Source of the DNA: an uncultured Candidatus Saccharibacteria bacterium
GTDB lineage: Bacteria > Patescibacteriota > Minisyncoccia > Ryanbacterales > HO2-45-13
NCBI GenBank assembly: GCA_964354975.1
Contig: CAYHBS010000004.1
Span: forward strand, 3,614-67,613
Length of the DNA stretch: 64,000 nucleotides
Direction of reading: 5' to 3'
Shown piece by piece: positions 10,300 through 20,734 of the stretch. Under the pieces are notes generated by a model. It searched no databases, was not told the DNA's origin, and saw only the letters and a list, made by a program, of their open reading frames with translations. Within the stretch, counting starts at the first letter, position 1. Each line of letters starts with the position of its first letter. Made by a program: the position numbers and the translations under genes.

Positions 10300-11598
10300 T
10301 TACTTTTTTGATTTATCGCCCATGAGCACACGCATGCGATCTGTTTCGTTTAACTGTACTGCGCGAAGAAACATCCGCGTCACAACAATTGCTGAAAACA
10401 TACTCACGAGAACTCCGATTCCGAGGGTTAGTGCGAATCCTTTCACAAAGCTGGTACCAAAGTAATACAGAATGGTGGACGTAATAATGCTGGAAGTATT
10501 TGAGTCGCGAATCGAAGACCATGCACGATGAAATCCTTCTTCCACTGATCCTTTAATTGTCTTACCGAGTCTTAGCTCTTCTTTTGTGCGCTCAAAGATG
10601 AGCACGTTTGCGTCCACCGCCATTCCGACCGAAAGAATAAATCCGGTCATGGCAGCGGCAGTGAGTGTCACCGGAAGTAATTTAAATATGACAAGTGAGA
10701 GCGAAATATAAATACACAGTGCAAGTACCGCCACAAGTCCCGGTAATCGGTAATAGAGCAACATAAACAGCATGACCGCAATGACACCGACAATCCCTGC
10801 GCGAAATGTGTCCGAGAGTGCGCGCTCCCCAAGCGTGGATTGCACCGTCTGCTGTCCTATCAGTTCGACATTGAGCGGAAGTGCCCCAGCATTGAGACTG
10901 CGCACAAGCGCATTTGCTTCTTCAATAGTGAAGTTTCCTGTAATCACCGCCTGTCCTCCGGTAATTGGTTCGTTCACCATTGGGATACTCACCGGAGCGC
11001 CATCAAGATAAATAGCGATGCGCTGACCCACATACTGCGTAGTAAGTTCTTCAAAAATTTTTGCCCCTTCGTCGTTCAGAATAAGTCCGACTTGCGGAGA
11101 TTGTGTTTGTTGTTGGTATTCTATGCGTGCCCGCTTCAAATATCTTCCGGTCAGCGCGCTTGGAACATACACCTCCTGTGGAGTGCTGGTGGCGCCTTCT
11201 CCGGGAATCATCATGGGCACGCGAAATTCGAGATACGGAGTAGCGCCGATTTGCTGAATTGCTTGATTAATATCTTTAATTCCTGCGAGCTCTACAATGA
11301 GACGCTGTTCTCCTGCACTGCTCGCAACTTGCACGATCGGCTCGGACACGCCCATAAAATTCACGCGGCGCTCAATGGCGTCGCGTAAACTCGCAACCGC
11401 ATCTGTAACATCCTCCGGAGCAACCGTCGTTGTATCAATGCGATATGTTAAATGTGCGCCACCGGCAAGATCAAGCCCGAGTACATAGTCTGGGATAAAC
11501 CGATCAAGCGGCCCTTGTCCAAATATCGGAAACGCAACATACGCCGCAAGTATTCCACCAAGGAGCACCAGCGCGGCAATCGTACGAGGTGATTTCAT
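10300..11598 (-). CDS. secD: Protein translocase subunit SecD
   Basis: LGLDLAGG, GVSEP, GMAVDANVLIFER. Confidence 0.97.
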   Translation of the reverse strand: MKSPRTIAALVLLGGILAAYVAFPIFGQGPLDRFIPDYVLGLDLAGGAHLTYRIDTTTVAPEDVTDAVASLRDAIERRVNFMGVSEPIVQVASSAGEQRLIVELAGIKDINQAIQQIGATPYLEFRVPMMIPGEGATSTPQEVYVPSALTGRYLKRARIEYQQQTQSPQVGLILNDEGAKIFEELTTQYVGQRIAIYLDGAPVSIPMVNEPITGGQAVITGNFTIEEANALVRSLNAGALPLNVELIGQQTVQSTLGERALSDTFRAGIVGVIAVMLFMLLYYRLPGLVAVLALCIYISLSLVIFKLLPVTLTAAAMTGFILSVGMAVDANVLIFERTKEELRLGKTIKGSVEEGFHRAWSSIRDSNTSSIITSTILYYFGTSFVKGFALTLGIGVLVSMFSAIVVTRMFLRAVQLNETDRMRVLMGDKSKK

Positions 11599-11604
11599 GA
11601 ATGA

Positions 11605-12027
11605 TTATTTGATTTCAATGCCCATGGAACGCGCGGTACCGGCAATGATTTTTTCTGCGGCTTCCACATCGTTTGCATTGAGATCCTCCATTTTGCGTTC
11701 TGCAATCTGTCGAAGTTGCGCTTTTGAGATACTCCCCACTTTTCCGGTGAGCGGATTGCCCGCTCCCTTCTCCACCTTCGCGGCTTTGCGGAGTAAATCT
11801 GAAGCCGGAGGAGTTTTTAACTTAAATTCAAACGAACGATCGGTAAAGATCGTAATTTCTACCGGAATAATATCGGTACCCTTATCTGCGGTAGCCGCAT
11901 TAAACTTTCCAACAAAATCGCCGATGTTGATACCGTGCTGTCCGAGTGCGGGTCCTACGGGAGGCGCCGGATTTGCTTTTCCCGCGGGGATTTGAAGTTT
12001 TACAATTGTCTTAATTTCTTTAGCCAT
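11605..12027 (-). CDS. rplK: 50S ribosomal protein L11
   Basis: [27 protein letters not shown]. Confidence 0.99.
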   Translation of the reverse strand: MAKEIKTIVKLQIPAGKANPAPPVGPALGQHGINIGDFVGKFNAATADKGTDIIPVEITIFTDRSFEFKLKTPPASDLLRKAAKVEKGAGNPLTGKVGSISKAQLRQIAERKMEDLNANDVEAAEKIIAGTARSMGIEIK

Positions 12028-12048
12028 AGTGCGTTGAATATTTGGGTG

Positions 12049-12594
12049 TTATAGCTTTTTTGCCTGCAGAGGGTCAAGCTCTACGGGAGTTTCGCGCCCG
12101 AAGATGGAAACAAGCACCTTAATCTTTCCACGCTCCTCATCTACCTCCTCCACACGCCCTTCCATGTCTTTAAATGGACCGTCAGTAATGCGCACCATGT
12201 CGCCCTTCAGCACATCAATCTTGTGGCGTGGGTCTTCCTCGCCCATACGCTTCATGAGCACCCCAATTTCATCATCCGAAAGCGGAATCGGGGTGGTTCC
12301 CGCGCCCACAAACCCTGTGACACGTGGGGTGTTACGCACCACGTACCATGAGTCATCGGTCACGATCATTTCCACAAGCACATATCCCGGATAAATCTTC
12401 TCTTCTACTACTTTGCGCTTTCCCGCCTTAATTTTTATTTTCTTTTCGGTGGGAACGAGAACTTGAAAAATTTTATCCTCCATACCCATCGATTCAATGC
12501 GCTGGCGCATATTGCGCGCAACCGCATCTTCATACCCCGAATAGGTATGGATGGCATACCAGTTGCGACCGAATTCAGATGTTTGCTTTGGCAT
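12049..12594 (-). CDS. nusG: Transcription termination/antitermination factor NusG
   Basis: WYAIHTYSGYE, PGYVLVEM, KOW motif and IFGRETPVEL. Confidence 0.99.
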   Translation of the reverse strand: MPKQTSEFGRNWYAIHTYSGYEDAVARNMRQRIESMGMEDKIFQVLVPTEKKIKIKAGKRKVVEEKIYPGYVLVEMIVTDDSWYVVRNTPRVTGFVGAGTTPIPLSDDEIGVLMKRMGEEDPRHKIDVLKGDMVRITDGPFKDMEGRVEEVDEERGKIKVLVSIFGRETPVELDPLQAKKL

Positions 12595-12612
12595 AGCGAA
12601 ACGCAGGGAATA

Positions 12613-12798
12613 CTAAATAGCGATAATACGCTCCCAAATGAGTCGGAAAAAACTATCGAGTGCGCCCAGGTACAGCGCAACCACGATGGAAAACACAACC
12701 ACGAGGATCGTGGATTTGATAGTTTGCGACCGCGTTGGCCAATTTACTTTTGTGAGTTCTCTGCGAGTTTCGCGGAGATATTCGATGAGTCCGTACAT
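12613..12798 (-). CDS. secE: Preprotein translocase subunit SecE
   Basis: ELTKVNWPTR plus one TM helix, directly upstream of nusG. Confidence 0.95.
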   Translation of the reverse strand: MYGLIEYLRETRRELTKVNWPTRSQTIKSTILVVVFSIVVALYLGALDSFFRLIWERIIAI

Positions 12799-12947
12799 GC
12801 GTGTATATTTCTTTTTCTATATAAAAACCCATCCCGGGGTACTGGATCAGAGTACCATTCCCTTGAAAAAGATGCAAGTGCGAGATGTGGTGATAAATAT
12901 TCCAAGATACACCTGCGACGGCTCACCCAAAACCGCACCTACCTACG

Positions 12948-13757
12948 TTATGCGACACGCGCCTGACGTTTTTCAGTCATCAGAGCGAGAGCTCCTTTGT
13001 ATCGCCCTTTCCCAAGAAAGATTGGGTAGAAACTTCTTGTCGCGTACAATTTTATTCCTTGGTGAGAACCGATGTGCGCGCCCCGCTCAATGCGCTCAAA
13101 GTCACGCAGATGTGGATTCTGTCGAAACGGCTCGGGAACATCATACTTCCCAATAACCGTGTACAACGTCTTTCGGGGAAATAGTTGCTTGGTCCCGCGC
13201 AACATGCCGCGGTTAATCAACAACTGCTCGACATGCGCGAGTGCCTTTCGGTACTGGTGACCAAGCTTATTCGGTCCGTACTCGATAGAAATGCCAAGCG
13301 GAACATGGCTGATGAGCGCGCCCTTCGCATATATGTGCGCAGGCACATACATCACTTTTTTCACTGGAAATTCCGCGAGCAGTCTTTTCGTACGCGCATT
13401 CCACTTTGTCACGATCGCGAGACTGTCAATGCGCGAATTCGTACCATGAATATCGATAACGAGATCGAATTCGCGAAGTGCGCGGAAAATATTGCGCGCA
13501 AGCTGATGTTCCCTGGTCTTTCCTTTCACGGGAAATATTCTATTCAAATCGTAGCTAAATTCACGTTTTTTGTGCGCGTGAGCAGAAGGATGCGCAAGAA
13601 AACCTGTCAAACTCCCGCTCATCAGATCGCACCTTATCAATTCCTTGCAAACCTTCATACCGATAATCTCATCTCCGTGCATGCACGCAAGGATCGCCGC
13701 CGACGGGCGCGCGTTTCCTTTTTTTAAAATTGTTTTTGGATGTGCTTTTATCTTCAT
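12948..13757 (-). CDS. Succinylglutamate desuccinylase/aspartoacylase (M14-like) family protein
   Basis: HGDE, DLNRIFP and IDIH Zn-binding motifs; start taken at MKIK to avoid overlap with gyrB. Confidence 0.8.
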   Translation of the reverse strand: MKIKAHPKTILKKGNARPSAAILACMHGDEIIGMKVCKELIRCDLMSGSLTGFLAHPSAHAHKKREFSYDLNRIFPVKGKTREHQLARNIFRALREFDLVIDIHGTNSRIDSLAIVTKWNARTKRLLAEFPVKKVMYVPAHIYAKGALISHVPLGISIEYGPNKLGHQYRKALAHVEQLLINRGMLRGTKQLFPRKTLYTVIGKYDVPEPFRQNPHLRDFERIERGAHIGSHQGIKLYATRSFYPIFLGKGRYKGALALMTEKRQARVA

Positions 13758-13824
13758 CTGAAAAGCTCGATCAGTAACGAAAACTTCGCAACTAATCGGA
13801 TGTTGCTCGGAATTGCAAAACGGC

Positions 13825-15897
13825 TTACACGTCGAGATTTTTGACGGACTTTGCGCGGCTTTGAATGAAGTGTTTGCGCGGCCCCACTTCCGCACCCATG
13901 AGTACGTCAAACACAATATCCGCCTGCTTCGCGTCATCAATAGAAACTTTACGGAGATGGCGCGTGGAAGGATTCATGGTGGTCTCCCATAACTGATCCG
14001 GGTTCATCTCTCCAAGTCCTTTGTAGCGCTGCATCGTCACACCCTTGAGTGCGGGATCTTGCATTTCCTGCGTGATGTCTTCTGATTCTTGTTGAGAATC
14101 TTCTATTGCATCGAGTATCGAGGGCTTCTTGCCTTCTTTTTCAGCTTTATCCGCCTTGTCTTTCTCCTCTTTTTCTTCTTTCAGTTTTTTAAATTCGGCA
14201 AGAATACGCTCTTTATCGGCGTCCACGAATGCGTATTCCACTCTCTTTCCTTTTTGGATACGGTAGAGAGGCGGCTCTGCAATGTAGAGAAAACCTTGCT
14301 CAATAATCGGCATGTAGTAGCGATAAAACAATGTCAGCAGGAGTGTACGAATATGCGCGCCGTCCACGTCCGCGTCTGTCATAATCACGATCTTGTGATA
14401 ACGGAGTTTTGAAATATCAAACTCTTCGCCAATACCTGCGCCCATCGCAATCACGAGCGCGCGCACCTCGCTGGAGGCAAGCATCTTATCGAGACGCGCG
14501 CGTTCGACATTTAAAATTTTCCCACGAAGCGGAAGAATCGCTTGAAATTCACGCGAACGTGCTTGCTTTGCAGATCCTCCCGCAGAGTCTCCTTCCACTA
14601 TAAATATTTCCGAATCTTCCGCATTTTTTGACTGGCAGTCTGCGAGTTTGCCAGGGAGCGTAAATCCGGAGAGCGCACCTTTACGCAGAATTGTTTCTTT
14701 TGCGGCTTTTGCGGCGCGACGTGCTTTTGCGGCAAGAATGACCTTTCCAATCATTGCGCGCGCATCCTGTGGATGTTGCTCGAGAAATTCGATGAACGAA
14801 GCAGAAAATATTGAGTCCACCGCGCTTCGCGCTTCTACCGATCCAAGTTTTGCCTTCGTCTGTCCTTCAAATTGCGGATCGCGAATTTTAACGGAAATAA
14901 TTGCCGAAAGCCCCTCGCGTACGTCCTCGCCGGTGAGATTTTCTTCATCTTTTTTGAGAATCTCGTTTTTCCGTGCGTAATCATTGAGCACGCGCGTGAG
15001 TGCGGTACGAAACCCCGTCAGATGCATTCCTCCTTCCGTTGTATGGATGTTATTTGCGAATGAAAGCTCGTGTGATTGTAAATCGTCAACGTACTGCAAC
15101 GCTACTTCAACTTGTACTCCTTCTGCTTCTTTTGCAGTGTAAAACGCATTTGGATGCACTGGCTGAAAATGTTTTGTCAGTGACGCAATATACGCTTTTA
15201 CGCCTCCTTCAAAATGAAAGGTGAACGACGCGGGCTCTCCCTTACGCGCATCCACTACGCGAATCGTCACACCTGCCGTCAGATATGCCTGCTGGCGCAC
15301 ACGCGTAAGAATTGTATTCCAGATATACTCGGGCATTGTTCCCTCATCTCCAAAAATTTCTGGGTCTGGTTCGTAGATCACCGTGGTGCCTACGCGCGTG
15401 GCTTTTCCTTCTTTTTTAACTTTTGTGGTAGGAATTCCTTTTTTATATTCCTGTGTGTAGCGCTCTCCATCGCGCATCACTTCTACGCGCAGATACCGCG
15501 AAAGCGCGTTGACCACCGACACTCCCACTCCGTGAAGTCCCGCCGCCACTTTATATGAGTCCCCGCCAAATTTTCCTCCCGCGTGCAAAGTGGTGAGTAC
15601 GGTCTCGAGTGCAGATTTCTTTGTTTGTTTATGAATATCAACGGGGATACCACGACCATCGTCGGCAACGCTCACGCGATGATTGGGCAACAGTGTAATC
15701 GTAATAAATTTTGCATATCCCGCCATCGCCTCGTCAATCGAGTTGTCCACGACTTCCCAAATCAAATGATGGAGCCCATCAATGCCGGTGGATCCAATGT
15801 ACATTCCCGGGCGCTTCCGTACCGGATCCAATCCCTCAAGCACGGTAATATCACGGGATGTATATTCTGATTTTTTCTTTTCGTTTTTTGCCATCAT
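13825..15897 (-). CDS. gyrB: DNA gyrase subunit B
   Basis: VRKRPGMYIG, EVVDNSIDE, VEGDSAGGS, MTDADVDG, QRYKGLGEMN. Confidence 0.97.
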   Translation of the reverse strand: MMAKNEKKKSEYTSRDITVLEGLDPVRKRPGMYIGSTGIDGLHHLIWEVVDNSIDEAMAGYAKFITITLLPNHRVSVADDGRGIPVDIHKQTKKSALETVLTTLHAGGKFGGDSYKVAAGLHGVGVSVVNALSRYLRVEVMRDGERYTQEYKKGIPTTKVKKEGKATRVGTTVIYEPDPEIFGDEGTMPEYIWNTILTRVRQQAYLTAGVTIRVVDARKGEPASFTFHFEGGVKAYIASLTKHFQPVHPNAFYTAKEAEGVQVEVALQYVDDLQSHELSFANNIHTTEGGMHLTGFRTALTRVLNDYARKNEILKKDEENLTGEDVREGLSAIISVKIRDPQFEGQTKAKLGSVEARSAVDSIFSASFIEFLEQHPQDARAMIGKVILAAKARRAAKAAKETILRKGALSGFTLPGKLADCQSKNAEDSEIFIVEGDSAGGSAKQARSREFQAILPLRGKILNVERARLDKMLASSEVRALVIAMGAGIGEEFDISKLRYHKIVIMTDADVDGAHIRTLLLTLFYRYYMPIIEQGFLYIAEPPLYRIQKGKRVEYAFVDADKERILAEFKKLKEEKEEKDKADKAEKEGKKPSILDAIEDSQQESEDITQEMQDPALKGVTMQRYKGLGEMNPDQLWETTMNPSTRHLRKVSIDDAKQADIVFDVLMGAEVGPRKHFIQSRAKSVKNLDV

Positions 15898-15898
15898 A

Positions 15899-17956
15899 TT
15901 ATCTGACTTCCCATCCTTCCATTTCGGAAAGCGCATTCACAGTGCGTTGAATAATGCGGCCAACCTCTTCGTCCGTTAATGTTCGGTCATGCGACTGAAA
16001 TACCAGATGAAAGGCAAGACTGCGACGTTCCTCTCCAATCTCGTCCCCCTCATAGTAATCGAAAAGATCAGAATCGATAAGGAGCATCCCCCCTTCTTTT
16101 TCGATAATTCCCTGTACTTCATCGACGCGCGTATCTGCGGGAACCAGCAGGGAAATATCGCGCACCACCGCCGGATATTTTGAGATGGGACGAAATTGTT
16201 TTTCTTCTTCAATAAGCTCTAGGAGTTCTGCGAGCATAATCTCCACCGCCGCAACACGGAGTGTAATATCGAATCTCCGGAGAACGTCGGGGTGTATTTC
16301 ATAAATCACACCCACATGCGTTCCTTCAATATCAATCGTGGCAGAGCGGTACGGATGTGCGACGTGACCCGCAATCATTGGCCAGTACGTATCACGGCGC
16401 GAACGAAAATCATGCAATCGATGTTCAGGAACACCAAAACGCTCAAGCACGGTACTGATATCCCCTTTTGCTTCAAAAAATAAATCGCCATGTTCGTCCC
16501 GTGGGCGCGCAATCATGAGTGTGAGATGTTCTCGCTCGGTCACGTGCTGGGCAGTTTCTGCAAATACACGCCCTATTTCAAAAAATTTCGGTGCGTACGT
16601 TCCATCCTGGTGCGCGCGGATATTTTTAAACATCCCCGCATGCAAGGTGCCGCGCATATATGCACTCATGCTTGAGATAGGGTTTTCGAGCGGGATAAGG
16701 TCGTTGGTATTCATAAGTAATTTTGTGGCATCGTCGGCGCTCATAAATGCATAATTCATCACTTCACTGTATCCCGACGCCGCAAGCAGATCGCGCAGTT
16801 CTTCGCTAAGCTCGTGGAGATCATTTGCATGTGGTGGCACCAACTGCGCGCTCGGAGGCACCGTAGGAATACGATCATACCCTGCAATGCGCCCGATTTC
16901 TTCGATGAGATCGGTTTCTGAATTGAGGTCAATACGAAATGTTGGCGCAATCACTCGGTACGACGATTTTGCAAGTCGCGTGACCCCGCATCCAATGCGC
17001 TTTAAAATCGCTTCTATTTCTTTCTCTGGAATTTCAACACCCAACATCGCACTCACATGCGCGGTGTTGAGCGACATCCGCGCGGGCGGAGGTTCGGTCT
17101 CGCCTACATCCAAACGTCCCCGTAGTACGACACCACCGGCAACATCACGCACAAGTGCTGCAAGCCGATCAACACCGTGCGATATGAGTGAAGGATGAAG
17201 TCCTGCCGCAAACCGCTGTGAAGCGTCTGTGGAAAGTCCAAGCAGTTTCGCGGTTTTACGAATAAGCGCCCGGTCAAAATGCGCGCCCTCAATTGCGACG
17301 CGCGTCGTGTGTTCGGTCACTCCTGTGCGCGCTCCACCTTTAATACCTGCTATAGCAATGGGCCCATCATTGTCCGCAATCACCAGCGTACCTATAGGGA
17401 GCTCTATATTTGCGCCGTCCAGTGTTTCGATGTGCTCGCCTCGGATGGAGCGGCGCACTACAATTCCGCCCTTAATAGTGTCTGCATCAAATACGTGGAG
17501 TGGCTGGCCGGTTTCAAGCATGACGTAGTTTGCGGCGTCCACCACATTATTGATCGATTGAATGTCACAGGTCGCAAGTCGCTCCACCATATGTGTCGGC
17601 GTCTCTCCAATCACTACTTTGTCCACAACGCGGAGTGCATACCGACTCACATCTCCTTCTGCGTGCAGCTTCACGCGTATCACTCCTGTCGTGCGCACGG
17701 TAGGAGATTCTTTCATCGATGGCGTGCGGTACGTCACCTTCTTATTGAGAATCGCGCCAAGTTCTCGCGCCATACCTTCGTGCCCCCCGGCATCTGCAAC
17801 GCGATTTGGCAGTACCGAGATAATGAGTTGGGTATCTTTTCCTTTACGAACAATGTCCTCTACCTCAAACGCATGTAGCGAAATTGCGTCCGCAACTACC
17901 TGCGGAGACGGAAGCGTTGGAAGATATGTTTTCAGCCACTGATAGGAATACTTCAT
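15899..17956 (-). CDS. pheT: Phenylalanine--tRNA ligase beta subunit (lacks the B2 tRNA-binding OB domain)
   Basis: PNR, INNVVDAANYVMLETGQPLHVFD, EEIGRIAGY, C-terminal anticodon-binding domain. Confidence 0.96.
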   Translation of the reverse strand: MKYSYQWLKTYLPTLPSPQVVADAISLHAFEVEDIVRKGKDTQLIISVLPNRVADAGGHEGMARELGAILNKKVTYRTPSMKESPTVRTTGVIRVKLHAEGDVSRYALRVVDKVVIGETPTHMVERLATCDIQSINNVVDAANYVMLETGQPLHVFDADTIKGGIVVRRSIRGEHIETLDGANIELPIGTLVIADNDGPIAIAGIKGGARTGVTEHTTRVAIEGAHFDRALIRKTAKLLGLSTDASQRFAAGLHPSLISHGVDRLAALVRDVAGGVVLRGRLDVGETEPPPARMSLNTAHVSAMLGVEIPEKEIEAILKRIGCGVTRLAKSSYRVIAPTFRIDLNSETDLIEEIGRIAGYDRIPTVPPSAQLVPPHANDLHELSEELRDLLAASGYSEVMNYAFMSADDATKLLMNTNDLIPLENPISSMSAYMRGTLHAGMFKNIRAHQDGTYAPKFFEIGRVFAETAQHVTEREHLTLMIARPRDEHGDLFFEAKGDISTVLERFGVPEHRLHDFRSRRDTYWPMIAGHVAHPYRSATIDIEGTHVGVIYEIHPDVLRRFDITLRVAAVEIMLAELLELIEEEKQFRPISKYPAVVRDISLLVPADTRVDEVQGIIEKEGGMLLIDSDLFDYYEGDEIGEERRSLAFHLVFQSHDRTLTDEEVGRIIQRTVNALSEMEGWEVR

Positions 17957-17961
17957 ATATA

Positions 17962-19008
17962 TTAAAATTGTTCGAGGAATTTCATATGATTCTCTCGAAA
18001 CAGCCGAATATCAGGAATGTGATATTTCATCATCGCAATGCGATCCATGCCAACACCAAACGCCGCGCCCTTCCACTCGTTTTTTACATATCCCGCTGCG
18101 CGAAATACCTCGTCGTGCACCATGCCGGCTCCGGCAAGCTCTAACCAACCCGTCTGTTTGCAAATCGCGCACCCCTTCCCGCGACACGCTTGGCACGAAA
18201 CATCAATTTCAAACCCCGGCTCTACAAATGGAAAAAAGCTCGGACGCAAACGAATCTCCACATCTTTCGCAAGGAGCGTGCGAAAGAATGTAAGTAAAAT
18301 ATATTTGAGATTACTCACGGAAATATCTTTGTCCACGATGAGCCCTTCCATATTCACAAATTCGGAATCGTGGCTCGCGTCGCTCGCTTCATATCGATAC
18401 ACCGGCCCCGGAGCAATCATGCGAAATGGCGGTTGGTGCGACTGCATATACCTCACCTGGAGTGACGAGGTGTGTGTACGCAGAAGCAAGCGTTGCTTTG
18501 GATTCGTTGGACGAGGATGTTGGCGAATCCAAAACGTGTCCCAAAAATCTCGCGCGGGATGATCAATCGGAATATTTAACGAATCAAAATTGTAAAACTC
18601 GGATTCTACATGCGGCCCATCCACAACCTCAAATCCCATCGGCACAAATACTTTCTCTGCTTCTCTTCGAATTTGTGTGAGCGGATGAATATGCCCCCGC
18701 GATGCGCGACGGGAGGGTAACGAAATATCAATTGCCTCTTTTTCAAGTTGTGAGCGCGTATGTGCCCCCTTCATGGCGCTCATCCGCTCTGCAATAAGTT
18801 TCTCAATTTCGATGCGAAGTCCGTTTGCCTTCGTACCAACGATCGCCCGCTCATCTGTAGGAAGATCTTTCAATCCGCGCAAAATGGCCGTCAATTTCCC
18901 TTGCTTACGACCAATATATCGCAGTTCAATATCCCGTAGCTCATCTACAGAAGCGGCGGATCTAATCGCCTCGCGGGCCTCTCGAGAGAGCGCATCCAGT
19001 GCGTGCAT
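17962..19008 (-). CDS. pheS: Phenylalanine--tRNA ligase alpha subunit
   Basis: HPARD, LRTHTS, RPSFFPFVEP, GAGMVH. Confidence 0.98.
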   Translation of the reverse strand: MHALDALSREAREAIRSAASVDELRDIELRYIGRKQGKLTAILRGLKDLPTDERAIVGTKANGLRIEIEKLIAERMSAMKGAHTRSQLEKEAIDISLPSRRASRGHIHPLTQIRREAEKVFVPMGFEVVDGPHVESEFYNFDSLNIPIDHPARDFWDTFWIRQHPRPTNPKQRLLLRTHTSSLQVRYMQSHQPPFRMIAPGPVYRYEASDASHDSEFVNMEGLIVDKDISVSNLKYILLTFFRTLLAKDVEIRLRPSFFPFVEPGFEIDVSCQACRGKGCAICKQTGWLELAGAGMVHDEVFRAAGYVKNEWKGAAFGVGMDRIAMMKYHIPDIRLFRENHMKFLEQF

Positions 19009-19058
19009 GGACTTCAGTATACCCCAAAAAAGACCGATATTGAAGTGGAAATACTGAA

Positions 19059-20066
19059 TTATGCGCCGGCGACCGCAGCGAGAATACGCTCCGCCTCAAC
19101 CGCATTCTTTGCAAGCATCAATGCAGATTTGACCTCTCCCAGTGACGGCACTCCTTTCAGGTAGGCATTCAAATGTTTTTTGATGACCGCAAAATGTTTT
19201 TCGTGCCCGTGAAATTCGCGCGTATTCCGATCCGAAGGACCAAAATATTCAACGTACGCAGCGAGGTGCTGCCGCATCACCGCAATGCGCTCGGCGTCGC
19301 TGATTTCAATTTTTCCACTCCCAAACCACGGATTTCCAAACCACGCACGCCCCACCATAATACCGTCCACACCGGTTTCCTCTGCGCGTGTGCGCGCCTC
19401 CTCGAGTGAGGCGACGTCACCATTACCAATAATCAACGTGCCACTTCCGCGCGCTAACTCCACCGCGCGTACCGCAAGATCCCACCGCGCAGGCACTTTC
19501 GACATTTCTTTGCGCGTACGGAGATGGAGTGTGATTGCGTCGGGGTGTGCCGTCAGGAGTGTTGGTAGCCACGTATCAATCTCGACTGTGTTATATCCGA
19601 GTCGGGTTTTAATCGAAACCGGAAGTCCACCACTTTCTGACTGCGCTGCCTGTATTACCTCCACTGCAAGTGCAGGATTTTTTATGAGCGCGGCACCCGC
19701 GCCTTGTTTTTCGATACCGCGGTCGGGACATCCCATATTGATATCAATTCCGTCAAATCCGAGGGACAAGATGAGCGCCGCGCACCGAGCTACGTTATCC
19801 GGTTTTGAAGAAAAAATTTGCGCGACGATCGGGCGCTCGTTCGGTGCATATGATAAATCGCGAAGTAGTTTTGGGCGGCCTTTTTCAGAACAGAGTCCAT
19901 CGCACGAAACAAATTCGGTGTACATCACGTCCGGTCGCCCATGCGCAGCAATCACCCGCCGAAATGCGGGATCGGTGCCGTCTGCCATAGGAGCGCATAC
20001 TAAAAATGGACGTGGAAGTCGCTTCCAAAAATTCGTGGTATGCATTTCTGCGGTAGTCTTCAACAT
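19059..20066 (-). CDS. dus: tRNA-dihydrouridine synthase
   Basis: APMADGTD, IDINMGCP, IGNGDV, GIMVGR. Confidence 0.93.
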   Translation of the reverse strand: MLKTTAEMHTTNFWKRLPRPFLVCAPMADGTDPAFRRVIAAHGRPDVMYTEFVSCDGLCSEKGRPKLLRDLSYAPNERPIVAQIFSSKPDNVARCAALILSLGFDGIDINMGCPDRGIEKQGAGAALIKNPALAVEVIQAAQSESGGLPVSIKTRLGYNTVEIDTWLPTLLTAHPDAITLHLRTRKEMSKVPARWDLAVRAVELARGSGTLIIGNGDVASLEEARTRAEETGVDGIMVGRAWFGNPWFGSGKIEISDAERIAVMRQHLAAYVEYFGPSDRNTREFHGHEKHFAVIKKHLNAYLKGVPSLGEVKSALMLAKNAVEAERILAAVAGA

Positions 20067-20180
20067 ATCGCATGAGTATGGTATCTCGTGACTGGATCAT
20101 TTGCACGAACTCCTTCTCCTCTCTATCCAATTCGCGCAACCCTACCCATCCACTATTTACATTTTCACAAATATTATTCC

Positions 20181-20206
20181 ACCCCTAATTCGCGCGAATT
20201 AGGGGT
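20181..20206. repeat. 26-bp perfect palindrome (REP-like), copy 1
   Basis: ACCCCTAATTCGCGCGAATTAGGGGT. Confidence 0.9.
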
Positions 20207-20240
20207 ATATCATACCACCGCGCTGTTTATAATTACATTT

Positions 20241-20516
20241 TTACAACATCGAGAGTATTGCACGAACTGTGGAAGACTGCGCGCGAGATGTCACAATACG
20301 GTAATGTACTTTCAGTCTGCGCTGTTCTCTCTCAAGGATATCAACACTGAACAGGATGGTGAGATGTTTTGATGTTGCTTTCACCGATAATTTAAGTGCA
20401 CCCGCAATGTCGCTCACTGCCATCTCTTTATTCTTCTGGAGCATGCGCAATATTTCGAGCCTACGCCTGTTTGCAAGGGCTTTTAATGTGCGCTCAATGT
20501 TTTTCATCTGTTCCAT
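20241..20516 (-). CDS. ArsR/SmtB family transcriptional regulator
   Basis: LKALANRRRLEIL ... SDIAGALKLSVKATSKHLTIL winged HTH. Confidence 0.9.
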   Translation of the reverse strand: MEQMKNIERTLKALANRRRLEILRMLQKNKEMAVSDIAGALKLSVKATSKHLTILFSVDILEREQRRLKVHYRIVTSRAQSSTVRAILSML

Positions 20517-20585
20517 ATAACGTACAGTTTGTTTTGATAATATTACACAGTGACTTTTTTGCTATTCAATCTACTTCTTATAGTA

Positions 20586-20607
20586 CCCTAATTCGCGCGA
20601 ATTAGGG
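20586..20607. repeat. 22-bp perfect palindrome (REP-like), copy 2
   Basis: CCCTAATTCGCGCGAATTAGGG, identical to the core of copy 1. Confidence 0.9.
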
Positions 20608-20734
20608 ACATAGTACACGGCGGAGGCGTACTATCAATCGCAGCAACGGAGGAAAAACGAGGATACCGCGATCTATGATAAAGAAACGTATCTGTGAGGA
20701 TGCGCTCTTGCCGACGTGCTCCCCCATATACTAC

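Noticed and set aside
14040-14200. K/E-rich insertion in GyrB as an intein
   Set aside because: About 50 aa of low-complexity sequence at the usual variable insertion site, with no intein terminal motifs.
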